From contig JAXLTI010000004.1 of the NCBI GenBank assembly GCA_046330135.1, positions 1,174,394-1,238,393 of the forward strand: DNA of 64,000 nucleotides. Direction: 5' to 3'. The stretch comes from a bacterium. GTDB lineage: Bacteria; ARS69. The translations under genes were made by a program, and so were the position numbers. This document shows positions 8,711-18,208 of the stretch, piece by piece (within the stretch, counting starts at the first letter, position 1; every line of letters starts with the position of its first letter). The notes beneath the pieces were generated by a model, which was not told the DNA's origin, made no database searches, and worked only from the letters and a program-made list of their open reading frames with translations.

Positions 8711-10441
8711 TCATTGCGCCACCGGCGCGCGCTGGTAGATGCGCACGAGGTCGATGCCCTTCAGCCCGAACGACTTCACGCCGTGATACGGACCGGCCTG
8801 CCCGTTCGTGAACAGCTTCCAGAGGAGACGCGAGGTCCAGTAGGCCTGATTCGTCTCGAGCACCCAGTAGTCCGCGCCCTGCGCGAAGGTGAAGTCGGCG
8901 CGCAGGAGACCGTAGCGCTGATACTCGCGGAGCGACGTGTACGACCCCGCGTTCCAGTCGATCGTGGCGCGCTCGGGGAGGTTCGCGTTGATCCAGCTCA
9001 CGACCTCCGGCGTCACCGCTTCCGCGCCCCAACAGGTGGACTCGAGGCCCGCCCCCTGAGGCGGCGGGAGTCCGGCGCGCGGTCCGTTCACGAACGCGTT
9101 GTAGTAGGCGAGCGGATAGGGCTGCACGGACGCCACGGCCCACACTCCGCATCCGAGAAGCGCCGCTCCCACGAGAAGCGGCGCCGCCTGCGCAACTCGA
9201 GGCGCGGGCGACCTGTCCGCGCGCAGCCATTTCTTCGCGCCGTCCATCAGCGTGGCGAAGCCGACCCCGGCGAGCACGCCCACGACGAGCGGAGCGAGGA
9301 GGAAGTGGCGAACGCCGTCGTAGACCGGAGAGCGCAGCGCCACGAACGGCAGCATCGACGCGGCGGCACCGAGGAGCAGCAGCGTCACGAGGCTGTGCCG
9401 GCGCCGCACGCGCACGCACGCGGCGGCCGCGAGCACCAGGAACGGAATGGGTGTGGTGAGCAAGAGCATCGCGGGCAGGTACGTGCGCGGCACGGTGTAG
9501 CCGTCGTACTGCGTCCCGAAGAAGTACACGGGGAAAGTGCGGTGGGCCAAGTGGAACTCGACGAGGTGGCGCAATCGGCCCACCGGGTCCGTCCAGAGAT
9601 ACGGCCACACGGCGTAGAAGAGAATCGCGGCGCCGATCGCGAGCGTCGCAGCGATGACCAAGGTCCGGCGCGGCGCCACGAGGAGGACCCAAGGCACGAT
9701 CGCCCCCACGAGGAAGAGCGCGTTCAGCTTCGTGGCCACCCCGAGGCCGAAGAGGGCGGCGAGCGGAAGGAGCCGTCGAGCGCCGAGGCGATCCGCGCGG
9801 GCCAGTCGCGCCACCCAGGCCAGCGTGGCCAGCTCGAGCGCCGCCACCGGCAAGTCGAGGCAGGCGAAGTGCGCGTGTCCGAAGACGTGCGGCATCGCGG
9901 GGAGCGCGGCGGCGGCGAAGAGCCCGGCGCTCGGGCCCGCCTCGGCCGCGGCCAGCCGGAACGCCGCGATCTGCGCGAGGAGCAGGAACACCAAGGCGCC
10001 CGCCCGAACGCCGGCGATCGGCCCGAGAGGTCCGGGGACCAGCGGGGCGCGGAGCGCGCCCGGGGAATCGACGCGCTCGTCGTAGTCCGCGCCGTACCGC
10101 TCCTGGGAAACGCCCGGCCCGAGCAGCGCATCGGAGGCCGCGTACACCCACTTCGCGAACGGCGGGTGCTCGACGTTGTACTCCCACACGGCGGGATCCG
10201 GAGCGCGGAGCGACGTCTCGCCCGCCGCCACCCGATGCACCCAGTCCTCGATCAGCCACGCGGCGCGGAAGTACCAGACCTCGTCCACGAACGTCCCGTA
10301 GTCGTCGAGCGTGGCGATCATGACGACTTGTGTCAGGAGGAGAATCGAGATGAGGACGATCATCGTCGCGCCGGGTCGCCGGCCAGCGAGGCGCGGAGCA
10401 TCGACGTGCGGAAGCGACGCGGCGTCGCCAGTCAGCTTCAT
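8711..10441 (-). CDS. glycosyltransferase family 39 (ArnT/PMT-like) polytopic membrane protein
   Basis: The table ORF extends to 10861 with an Arg/Ala-rich, non-hydrophobic N-terminus. Start moved to MKLTGD (10441), just before the first TM helix. Multiple TM segments, a DDYGTFVDEVWYF-type loop and PPFAKW are typical of GT-C/GT39. The stop of the upstream SGNH gene (10438) overlaps this start. Confidence 0.6.
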   Translation of the reverse strand: MKLTGDAASLPHVDAPRLAGRRPGATMIVLISILLLTQVVMIATLDDYGTFVDEVWYFRAAWLIEDWVHRVAAGETSLRAPDPAVWEYNVEHPPFAKWVYAASDALLGPGVSQERYGADYDERVDSPGALRAPLVPGPLGPIAGVRAGALVFLLLAQIAAFRLAAAEAGPSAGLFAAAALPAMPHVFGHAHFACLDLPVAALELATLAWVARLARADRLGARRLLPLAALFGLGVATKLNALFLVGAIVPWVLLVAPRRTLVIAATLAIGAAILFYAVWPYLWTDPVGRLRHLVEFHLAHRTFPVYFFGTQYDGYTVPRTYLPAMLLLTTPIPFLVLAAAACVRVRRRHSLVTLLLLGAAASMLPFVALRSPVYDGVRHFLLAPLVVGVLAGVGFATLMDGAKKWLRADRSPAPRVAQAAPLLVGAALLGCGVWAVASVQPYPLAYYNAFVNGPRAGLPPPQGAGLESTCWGAEAVTPEVVSWINANLPERATIDWNAGSYTSLREYQRYGLLRADFTFAQGADYWVLETNQAYWTSRLLWKLFTNGQAGPYHGVKSFGLKGIDLVRIYQRAPVAQ

Positions 10442-11526
10442 TTCCGAAGCGCGCCGAGCAGATCCGGACTGTCCATGACCCAGCGTGCGAGCGCCCGCCC
10501 GGCCACGTGATTGCCGCGCTCGGTGAAGTGCCCGTCCCGCGGCAGGTACAGCCCGGCGATGCGCTGCTCCGCGGTGACCACCGGCAGCAGATCGATCGAT
10601 GGGATGCCCGCCGCCGCCACGCGACGCTGCAGCTCGGTCTGCAGCGGGATGTCCTCCGGCCGCGTCCTGGCGAGCGCGTAGACGTCCGCGGGCAGCCACA
10701 CGACCGCGAAGCGCGCGCCCAGGCCGTCGGCGATCTGCTTCATCCGCAGGATCTGCTTCTCGGAGAGATCGAGGCCGCGCTGGAACTCGGCGGGCGTGAA
10801 CTGCTTGAGCGGGCGGGCGCTGGGCATGCCGTGGAGGTAGCGGACGCGGAAGGTCTCCCACGCGGAGGAGAAGAGCCGGTAGAGATGGCTCTCGCGGGCG
10901 AGCCAGCTTTCGCGGAAGTACTGCTGCGTGAACGAGTCGAAGAGGTAGCCGTCCCGTACGCCGTAGGGGGCCGGCGCTCCCAGGAGATCGGCCAGCAAGT
11001 TATCCGTGTAGTCGTTCGCGAAGAAGCCGAGCAGCACCACGTCGGGCGCCACCTTCGCACCGATCTCTTCGAGAAGCCCCGCCTCGGAGCCGGTGCCGTA
11101 CGCGTTCACGCCGCAGTTCACGGTCTGCACCTTCGGGCCGCCCAGCCGCTCCAGCTCCTGCCCGAGAACGTGGATCCATTCCTTGCCCTGCGGGCAGCCC
11201 CAGCCCCACGTGAACGAGTCGCCGAAGGCGGCGATGCGCGGTCGCGTCTTCGGCCCGAGCTCCGCTCCGCGCAGCCCCAGCGAGTTCAGGGAGAACTCCG
11301 TGACCACGCCGTCGCGCTCGATCTTCCCTGCGAAATTCGGCGCCGGCCGGAAGCCGGCCTTCGCGTCGGGCACGTACATGCCCTTCAGCACGTACGTGCG
11401 AATCTGCTCCTGCGAGGGCAGGGTCTGCGGCGCGAAGATCCGCACGGCGATCTCGGCGAGCGGCAGCATGACGAGCAGCGTGATCGGAACGAGCAGGATC
11501 TCCGCGAGCCGAATCCGGCGGGTCAT
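10438..11526 (-). CDS. SGNH/GDSL-family hydrolase, membrane-anchored
   Basis: Start at MTRRIRLAEILLVPITLL (TM anchor). GDSFTWGWG block I (GDS), LGFFANDYTDN block (DxxN-like). Tightly packed: its start is 2 bp from the upstream gene's stop. Confidence 0.65.
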   Translation of the reverse strand: MTRRIRLAEILLVPITLLVMLPLAEIAVRIFAPQTLPSQEQIRTYVLKGMYVPDAKAGFRPAPNFAGKIERDGVVTEFSLNSLGLRGAELGPKTRPRIAAFGDSFTWGWGCPQGKEWIHVLGQELERLGGPKVQTVNCGVNAYGTGSEAGLLEEIGAKVAPDVVLLGFFANDYTDNLLADLLGAPAPYGVRDGYLFDSFTQQYFRESWLARESHLYRLFSSAWETFRVRYLHGMPSARPLKQFTPAEFQRGLDLSEKQILRMKQIADGLGARFAVVWLPADVYALARTRPEDIPLQTELQRRVAAAGIPSIDLLPVVTAEQRIAGLYLPRDGHFTERGNHVAGRALARWVMDSPDLLGALRK

Positions 11527-11527
11527 C

Positions 11528-13711
11528 TCACGCTCCGGCCGGGAACAGGGACGCGCGGCGACCGAAGATCGCGACCGCGGCCAGGAGCAGCAGGCCTGCG
11601 ATGAGCAGGAATCTCCTCGAAGGATCCGGGCGGAAGCGCAGCGCCACGTCGTGCTCGCCCGGCGCGAGCGGCACGCCGACGAAGCTCGGCATGAGCTGCC
11701 TCGTGGCGGCCGGCGCACCGTCGACCGTGGCGCGCCACAGCGGGTGATACGTCATCTTCAGCACGAGATCCCCCGGCCGATCGACGCGCACGCGTGCAAG
11801 GAAGTCCTCGCCCTCGCGCCGCACCGACAGCACTTCGCCCACGGGCGAGGCCGGCGGCGAGGCCGGCGGGAAGCGGAAGTCCACGTCGTCCGCCGCGATC
11901 CCTTCACCCTCGCCAGGGCCTCCTTCCTCGCGGAGATGCACGGCCGGGTGAATGCCTCGCGCGGGCTGGTCGCTCCGGAGCCACGCGGCGTGGAGCCTGG
12001 AGACGTTGCGCTTGGCCACGTCGAGACGGTACGGCACGTCGACGAGCTGCACCAGGCCCGGACCGTCCACGCCGTACACGCAGAAGCGACCTTGCTGCGC
12101 GAGCGGGTGCGCGAAGGGCGGCACGTGCAGTCCCGCGGGGGCGATGATCCGGCGCACGCCGAGCGCGCGGTAGTTCGAGGGATCCCCCTCGTCGAATGCG
12201 TCGTGGAGATCCGAGTTCAACGACTCCATGTGGTAGAGGTAGCCGAGCCCGTCCATCTCGTGGAACGCGAACCACGCGTACACCGGCACCCAGCCCACGA
12301 GGAACGTCCCGCCCCACGGCGTATTCAGCCCGCCGAGCCCCGCGTAGGTGCGGCCCTCGCGGTCGCCGGCGGCGATCGAGAGCGCCCGGTCCAGCGCCGG
12401 ACCCTCCGCGGCGTAGCCGGCAGCCGACTCGCGAACCAGCTCGGCGTTGCGGAGGAGATACGACGTGCGCTCCGCCAGCAGCGGAACGAACGCGAGCAGA
12501 GCGAGCGCACCGGCCCACGCGATCCCCGCCGGGCGCCGACTCGCGAAGCGCAGGGCGCCGCCGAGGAAGACCCCGGCGAGCATCGTGCCGAACACGTGCA
12601 CGCCGAACACCGCGCGCGAGTAGTGGAAGCCCGATCCCAGCGGCACGAGCTTCAAGAGATCTCCCCACGTGGGGCGCCCGAAGTAGAGAAGCAGGAAGAA
12701 CACGAAGAGCGCGAGCAGCGTCCGCTCGCCCTCGCGCCGGACGCGGATCGCAGCGAGCACGACGCCCGCGCCGACCAGCCCGGTGAGTACCGGCAACGGT
12801 CCGAAGGAGCGGCCGGCGATCGTCACGATCCGCGTGAAGTCGAAGATCTCGCCCTGGACGAGCCAGGGCAGGATGACGCCCGCTCCGAAGCTGTTGTACT
12901 TCCAGGTGGGCACGAGCGTGCTCACGTTGTACCAGGCGAAGTCGCGGACGATGGGCAGCAGCATCCACGAGCAGCCGGCTCCCGCGACGAGCCCGAGGAC
13001 GGCGAGACGCAGGAGGCGACGCGGCGCCTCGCGCGGCGTGACGAGCGCAATCACTCCGCCCGCGAGGCAAGCCATCGTGCCGAGCGCGAGGTGCGAGAGA
13101 AACGTGATCGCCAGGAGGACGGCGGCCACGCTCCAGCTCCGCCCGGTGCGCAGGGCCGTGGCGATCCACGCGACGGTGAGCGGGAAGACCCACCCGCCGA
13201 CCGCCTGCGTGTACTCGCCGAGCCCCTGCCACACGTAGCTCTCGAGATCGTTGCCGTGCAGGTAGTTCGTCTTCACGAGCGGCGCCAGCGCGGCCGCGGC
13301 CACCGCCTCGACGCGCCCGAACCCCAGCCGCCGCGTCGCGACGTACACCGGCACGGGGAGCGTGCCGATGGCCGCCCACTGCATCAGCTGGAAGCACCGG
13401 ACGAGGGAGACCCCGTGGCCGAGGAGCTTCCAGAGCCCGATCACGAGGAAGTGGGGGAGGCTCTGGTAGTAGTGGAAGACGGGGAAGCCGAGGCACCAGG
13501 TGGAGATCCAGGGGTCGAGCACGCTCTGCCCGCGCAGGCGCGCGCTCGCGAGCGAGCGGATGAGGCCGAAGTGCAGCACGTCGTCGTTGAGGAACGGAAA
13601 CGGATGACGCACCTGCACGAACAAGAGGCCCAGCAGCCACGCGCACGCGGCGGCGACGCATGCCGCCGCCGCGCGCGCGCCGCGAGATCGCCCCGCGGGC
13701 CCCTCGGTCAT
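11528..13711 (-). CDS. large polytopic membrane protein (GT-C-like/YfhO-like) with a C-terminal soluble domain
   Basis: 727 aa starting at MTEGPAGRS. There are at least 12 predicted TM helices, followed by a roughly 230-aa soluble tail. ATGA overlap with the M16 peptidase stop at 13708. Family assignment is tentative. Confidence 0.55.
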   Translation of the reverse strand: MTEGPAGRSRGARAAAACVAAACAWLLGLLFVQVRHPFPFLNDDVLHFGLIRSLASARLRGQSVLDPWISTWCLGFPVFHYYQSLPHFLVIGLWKLLGHGVSLVRCFQLMQWAAIGTLPVPVYVATRRLGFGRVEAVAAAALAPLVKTNYLHGNDLESYVWQGLGEYTQAVGGWVFPLTVAWIATALRTGRSWSVAAVLLAITFLSHLALGTMACLAGGVIALVTPREAPRRLLRLAVLGLVAGAGCSWMLLPIVRDFAWYNVSTLVPTWKYNSFGAGVILPWLVQGEIFDFTRIVTIAGRSFGPLPVLTGLVGAGVVLAAIRVRREGERTLLALFVFFLLLYFGRPTWGDLLKLVPLGSGFHYSRAVFGVHVFGTMLAGVFLGGALRFASRRPAGIAWAGALALLAFVPLLAERTSYLLRNAELVRESAAGYAAEGPALDRALSIAAGDREGRTYAGLGGLNTPWGGTFLVGWVPVYAWFAFHEMDGLGYLYHMESLNSDLHDAFDEGDPSNYRALGVRRIIAPAGLHVPPFAHPLAQQGRFCVYGVDGPGLVQLVDVPYRLDVAKRNVSRLHAAWLRSDQPARGIHPAVHLREEGGPGEGEGIAADDVDFRFPPASPPASPVGEVLSVRREGEDFLARVRVDRPGDLVLKMTYHPLWRATVDGAPAATRQLMPSFVGVPLAPGEHDVALRFRPDPSRRFLLIAGLLLLAAVAIFGRRASLFPAGA

Positions 13712-16434
13712 CGCGCGACCGCGACCACCGGCGATCGGAACGCCAGGTACTTCGCCGCCACGCGCGCCACGTCCTGCGGCGTCACCGCCCGGAGCCGGGG
13801 CACGTCCGCGTCGAGCGCGGTGGGATCGCGGCCGCGCAGCTCCGCCATCGCCATCGCGTAGGCGATCCCCATGCGCGAGAGCCGACGCATGCGCTCGGTC
13901 CCTTCGCTCCGGTTCCGTACGCCCTCGAGATCGTCCGCGCCCGGCGGCGCCTGCTCGAGCGTCGCGGCGATCTCGAGCATGCCCTTCTCCATGCGGTCGA
14001 GGTTCTGAGCGCGCGTGCCCGCTTCCATCAGCACGCACGCACCCGTTCCGTCGAGCCGCGCAGTCGCGCCGATCGAGTACGCCAGGCCTTCCTTCTCGCG
14101 CAGGCGCTCGGACAGCCGATCCGAGAGGACGGAAGCGGCGAGGCGGACCGCGAGCCGGTCCGCGGGATCCACGCTCAGCGGCGCGCCCACCACGATCCAC
14201 GACTGCTCGCGGCCGACCGGCTTCTCCACGCGCGCGGACTCCGGCTTCGCCGTCCACGCGAGCGGCGGAAGAGCCGTCGACGGGATCGAGTGCTTGCCGA
14301 AGGTGCGCCGCGCCGCCTCGAAGATCACGTCGACCGGCAGATTCGAGGAGACGGTGAGGATCACGTTCGCCGGCGCCACGATGGCCTGGTGCAGGCGTCG
14401 CGCGGTGTCGAGGTCCAGATGCTTCAGCGCGTCGGCCGGTCCGTACACGCCGCCTGCCAGGGGATGGCCCGTGCCGAGCGCGTCGTAGAAGCTCGCTTCC
14501 GCCACGGCCCGCGGCGTCCCCGCGTCGTGGTCCGCGCGGAGCGCGGCCGCATCCAGCGCCTTCTGGAAGTTCTCCGGCGAGAAGTCCGGCGCGTAGATGA
14601 CCTCGTCCAGCAGCTCGAGGGCCGCGAGGCCCCAGAGGTCGATCGACTCGAGGCGGACGTACGAGTACTCCGGCGAGAAGTAGTAGTCGTCGTAGGGGAG
14701 ATTGTCGATGTCCGTGGTCTTGAGCGTGGCGCCGTAGGCCGCGAGCAGCCCGCGCAGCTCGTCGGCGCTGCGCTTCGCCGTGCGCTCGCCCATCATCCGC
14801 TGCACCACGTCCACCGCGCCGCGCGGCGCATGCAGCTCGGCCTCGTGACGCGCGCGATCCTCGAGGAGCACGTGCGCCGCGAAGGTGCGCGAGTCCGGCG
14901 ACGCGTGTGCCACGACCACCAGGCCGTTGTCCAGCACGATGCGCTTCGTCTCGGTGCGCGTGGTCCGGGGCGGAGCGGGCGGCAGGGGCGCCGGCTCGCC
15001 GTGTCCGCCGCCTTCGAGCCACGAGGCGGCGGCGATGCCGGGGACCGGTCCCACCGTGGCGCTGCCGTCGGCCACGCTGTCGCCGCAGGCGGTGACCAGC
15101 ACGCGCCCGTCGGCGACGATCCCCTGCAGCAACGCCTGGGCGGCGCGCTCGGCGACGGCCAGGTCGTCGGTCTCGTGAAGGGCCGCGGCAGGATCGAGAG
15201 CGAGCACGTCGGCCCGCATGAGGCCGTAGTAGTGCATCTTCTCGCGCAACGAGATGTCGTCGGCGAGGAGCGCGCGCCGGGACGACTCGCGATCGGATAC
15301 GTTCGCGCCGCGCGCGGCGATCGAGCCGAGGTGCGCGAGCAGCGCGTTCACCACGGGCTGCACGTCCTTCGTTTCCACGGGCAGATCCACCGCGATCGTG
15401 AGGACCGAGGACGGGTCGATCGAGACGGATGCATCGAGCGGATGGATCCCGGTCGCCTCCACCGCGCGCCGCACGGCGGATTGCTCGCCGGACGAGAGCA
15501 GATTCTCCAGGAACGCCGCGCCGGCGAAGCCGTCGCCCTCGAGCGTGGGACCCGGCATCATCAAGTGCATTCGCGTCTTGCCGAGCCCGGCGAGGTGTTT
15601 CGTCACCAGGGTCCGCCCCACGGGAAACGGGGGCCGCGCGCGCAGGGGCGCCACGCGCTCCGACGCGCCGCCGTACAGCCTGACGATCTCGGCGCGCGCC
15701 TGCTCGACGTCGAAATCCCCCATCACGACGATCGTCATCCCCGACGGGCGGTAGCGCGCCTGGTAGAACGCCACGACGGAGTCGCGCGGCATCGCCGAGA
15801 TGGTGGCCTCCGTGCCGAGCACGGGAAGCGAGCGCGGGTCCTCGCCCCAGAGCGCCTTCCCCTCGAACACGCCGGCGTCGTACTCGGGATCCGTGCGGTC
15901 CTTCGCCAGCTCCTCGAGGATGATCCCCTTCTCCTTCTCGAACATGTCCGCGGGAATCGTCGAGTGCAGGAGCATGTCCGCCTGCAGCGCGAGGCCGTCG
16001 CGCCAGCGCTCCGAAGGGAGCAGCAGCTGGAAGACCGTCCGCTCGGCCTGCGTGGAGGCGTTGTTGTACGCGCCCAGCAAGTCGGTCTGCGCGTAGATCT
16101 GCTCGCGCGTCCGCGTCTGCGTCCCGTTGAAGAGGAGGTGCTCGAGGTAGTGCGCGGCGCCGTTGGTGCTCGGCGTCTCGAGGACCGACCCCGCGGGCAC
16201 CAGTACCGTGCACGAGAACATGGGGACCGAGCGTTGCGGGATGAACACGAGCTGCGGTCCGCCGGGCAGCCGCTCCACGCGCGCCATGTCCGCGGGAACC
16301 GAGGGGACGGCCGGTGTCACGGGGGGCGGTGTCGCGGGCGGCGTGGCGGGAGGCGTCACCTTGTTCGCGGCGCCCGCCTGCACGCAGAGCAGCGCGACCC
16401 ATGCGACGGCGAAGCTCGAAAGTCTCGTTCTCAT
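13708..16434 (-). CDS. M16 (pitrilysin/insulinase) family peptidase, double-length with two M16 units, secreted
   Basis: Start at MRTRLSSFAVAWVALLCVQAGA (signal peptide). Inverted zinc motif HYLEHLLFNGT (HxxEH) in the first half. The second half is M16-like but inactive (no HxxEH). Confidence 0.75.
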   Translation of the reverse strand: MRTRLSSFAVAWVALLCVQAGAANKVTPPATPPATPPPVTPAVPSVPADMARVERLPGGPQLVFIPQRSVPMFSCTVLVPAGSVLETPSTNGAAHYLEHLLFNGTQTRTREQIYAQTDLLGAYNNASTQAERTVFQLLLPSERWRDGLALQADMLLHSTIPADMFEKEKGIILEELAKDRTDPEYDAGVFEGKALWGEDPRSLPVLGTEATISAMPRDSVVAFYQARYRPSGMTIVVMGDFDVEQARAEIVRLYGGASERVAPLRARPPFPVGRTLVTKHLAGLGKTRMHLMMPGPTLEGDGFAGAAFLENLLSSGEQSAVRRAVEATGIHPLDASVSIDPSSVLTIAVDLPVETKDVQPVVNALLAHLGSIAARGANVSDRESSRRALLADDISLREKMHYYGLMRADVLALDPAAALHETDDLAVAERAAQALLQGIVADGRVLVTACGDSVADGSATVGPVPGIAAASWLEGGGHGEPAPLPPAPPRTTRTETKRIVLDNGLVVVAHASPDSRTFAAHVLLEDRARHEAELHAPRGAVDVVQRMMGERTAKRSADELRGLLAAYGATLKTTDIDNLPYDDYYFSPEYSYVRLESIDLWGLAALELLDEVIYAPDFSPENFQKALDAAALRADHDAGTPRAVAEASFYDALGTGHPLAGGVYGPADALKHLDLDTARRLHQAIVAPANVILTVSSNLPVDVIFEAARRTFGKHSIPSTALPPLAWTAKPESARVEKPVGREQSWIVVGAPLSVDPADRLAVRLAASVLSDRLSERLREKEGLAYSIGATARLDGTGACVLMEAGTRAQNLDRMEKGMLEIAATLEQAPPGADDLEGVRNRSEGTERMRRLSRMGIAYAMAMAELRGRDPTALDADVPRLRAVTPQDVARVAAKYLAFRSPVVAVAR

Positions 16435-16653
16435 CGTCGACCTCCAGGGGGAGCCGAGCATAGGCGAGCCGTCCGTGCCGCGCCAGGGGCGCCCTCTAAG
16501 GAGTGGCCGGCCGGCTCGTGCAGGGCCGCCGTCGAGCCCGGCCGGGGCGTCCGGCGGCTGCGACATCCGGGCGGGTGTGCTAACGTTCCCGGCGTTCTTG
16601 CGCCGCTTCGAAGACGGCGCCGTTCGTCGGGCAGCTTCGGAAGGGAGGACGGG

Positions 16654-17313
16654 ATGAAGCGCATCGTCATCATGCTCGCCATCGTCGCCTTGGTGGTCGG
16701 CGGGGTGGGCTGCACGCAGACGCAGAAGGGTGGCGCGATCGGCGGCAGCGCCGGCGCCATCATCGGCGGGCTCATCGGCAAGCAGTCGGGGCACACCGCG
16801 ACCGGTGCGATCATCGGCGCGGCGGTCGGCGGCGCCACCGGCGCCACCATCGGTCACTACATGGACAAGCAGAAGCAGGAGCTGGATCAGGACCTCAAGG
16901 GCGCGAAGATCGAGCGCGTCGGCGAGGGCATCAAGATCACGTTCGACTCCGGCATCCTCTTCGACGTCAACAAGGCGGACCTGCGGCCCGAGGCGCAGAC
17001 GAACCTGCAGAGCCTCGCGAAGGTCCTCAACAAGTACGCGGACACGAAGGTCCTGATCGAGGGCCACACGGACTCGGACGGCTCCGAGGACTACAACCTG
17101 ACCCTGTCGCAGCGCCGCGCGCAGGCGGTCGCGAACTACATCTCGGGGCTCCAGGTGGACGCCACCCGCCTCACCACGATGGGCTACGGCGAAGCGCAGC
17201 CGATCGCGTCGAACGAGACGGCGGAAGGCAAGCAGCAGAACCGCCGCGTCGAGATCGCGATCATGGCGAACGACGAGCTGAAGAAGAAGGCGGAGAACGG
17301 CCAGCTCGGTTAG
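16654..17313 (+). CDS. OmpA-family protein with Gly-zipper N-terminal region
   Basis: ATG at 16654 with AAGGGAGG RBS and a signal peptide. The OmpA C-terminal domain is NLQSLAKVLNKY..LIEGHTDSDGSEDYNLTLSQRRAQAV. Only the last 220 codons of the 1217-aa table ORF are real; the rest is antisense to the M16 gene. Confidence 0.8.
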   Translation: MKRIVIMLAIVALVVGGVGCTQTQKGGAIGGSAGAIIGGLIGKQSGHTATGAIIGAAVGGATGATIGHYMDKQKQELDQDLKGAKIERVGEGIKITFDSGILFDVNKADLRPEAQTNLQSLAKVLNKYADTKVLIEGHTDSDGSEDYNLTLSQRRAQAVANYISGLQVDATRLTTMGYGEAQPIASNETAEGKQQNRRVEIAIMANDELKKKAENGQLG

Positions 17314-17413
17314 GACAGCTCGGTCAGGACACGTCGGGCCGGGCTCGCCACGTCGAGCTCGGCCCACACGTTCGGGCCGAGCCCGCCCTGTCGAGCTCGG
17401 CCCATCACGTTCT
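17305..17413. repeat. two pairs of tandem direct repeats upstream of the aquaporin gene
   Basis: GCTCGGTTAGGACAG / CTCGGTCAGGACAC (17305-17334) and GTCGAGCTCGGCCCA(T)CACGTTC twice (about 17352-17374 and 17390-17413). Confidence 0.5.
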
Positions 17414-17428
17414 CGAGGGGGTGGAGTC

Positions 17429-18103
17429 GTGGCTTCGAACGCCAGTGTCTTCGCGGCGGAAGCCGTGGGCACGTTCTTCCTCACGTTCTTCGGGGCGGGA
17501 GCGATCCTGCAGAACACGTCGATGGGCGCCGCGGGGTACGGGCTCCTCGGCATCGCGCTCGCGCACGGGATCGCTCTGTCGATCGCGATCACGGCCGCCG
17601 GCGCCACATCGGGCGGTCACATCAACCCGGCGGTCTCCATCGCGCTCGCGGCCTCGGGCAAGGTGCCGTGGCCGCGCGTCCCCCTCTACATCGTGGCGCA
17701 GGTCTTCGGGTCCGCGGTGGCCGCGTTCTTCCTGACGCGGATCTTCTCGGCCGACGTCGTGACCACGGCCGGGCTCGGAACGCCGGCGCCGGCCGCGGGC
17801 GTGTCCTTCGCCACCGTGATCTTCCTCGAAGCCGTCATGACGTTCCTGCTCGTCTGGGCGGTGTGCGGCACCGCGGTGGATCCGCGCGCGCCGAAGATCG
17901 GCGGCTTCGGGATCGGGCTCGCGGTGTTCGTCGACATCCTCGTGGGCGGCCCCATCACCGGCGCCTCCATGAACCCTGCGCGCTCGATCGGGCCGGCGCT
18001 CGTGAGCGGCGTGTGGACCATGCACGCGGCCTACTGGATCGGTCCCATCGTGGGCGGCGTGCTCGCGAGCCTGCTCTACAAGGCCTTCCTCGAGAAAGCG
18101 TGA
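17429..18103 (+). CDS. MIP-family channel (aquaporin/aquaglyceroporin)
   Basis: GTG start. Both NPA boxes are present (HINPAVS and SMNPARS) across six TM helices. It sits at the head of the arsenic cluster, consistent with an arsenite-conducting aquaglyceroporin. Confidence 0.85.
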   Translation: MASNASVFAAEAVGTFFLTFFGAGAILQNTSMGAAGYGLLGIALAHGIALSIAITAAGATSGGHINPAVSIALAASGKVPWPRVPLYIVAQVFGSAVAAFFLTRIFSADVVTTAGLGTPAPAAGVSFATVIFLEAVMTFLLVWAVCGTAVDPRAPKIGGFGIGLAVFVDILVGGPITGASMNPARSIGPALVSGVWTMHAAYWIGPIVGGVLASLLYKAFLEKA

Positions 18104-18164
18104 GCGGGGCGGACCCGTCGCGCTGACCCGTCCGGGCCCGGCGATCCCTTGCCGGGCCCGTTCT

Positions 18165-18200
18165 TCGGTATTATATTTCGCCATATGACCATATGACGGA
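18165..18200 (+). promoter_or_regulatory. AT-rich promoter/operator upstream of arsR (TATTATAT -10-like; tandem CATATGAC boxes)
   Basis: GGTATTATATTTCGCCATATGACCATATGACGG is an island of low GC immediately 5' of arsR. CATATG is palindromic and duplicated. This is a typical location for an ArsR/SmtB operator overlapping the -10. Confidence 0.4.
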
Positions 18201-18208
18201 GGCGTGTC

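Noticed and set aside
8393-10510. 705-aa plus-strand ORF and 8688..10259 minus ORF (523 aa) overlapping the GT39 gene
   Set aside because: Both have Arg/Gly/Pro/Glu low-complexity sequence with no TM helices or motifs. The GT39 frame carries coherent TM topology and conserved loops, so these alternative frames are rejected.
11093-13861. 922-aa plus-strand ORF antisense to the SGNH and membrane-protein genes
   Set aside because: It is RDEAH-rich and low-complexity. It overlaps two genes that have a clear domain structure on the other strand.
13660-16653. N-terminal roughly 1000 codons of the 1217-aa plus ORF 13660..17313
   Set aside because: Only the last 220 codons (OmpA-family, with their own RBS and signal peptide at 16654) are real. 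The remainder is antisense to the M16 peptidase and Arg-rich.
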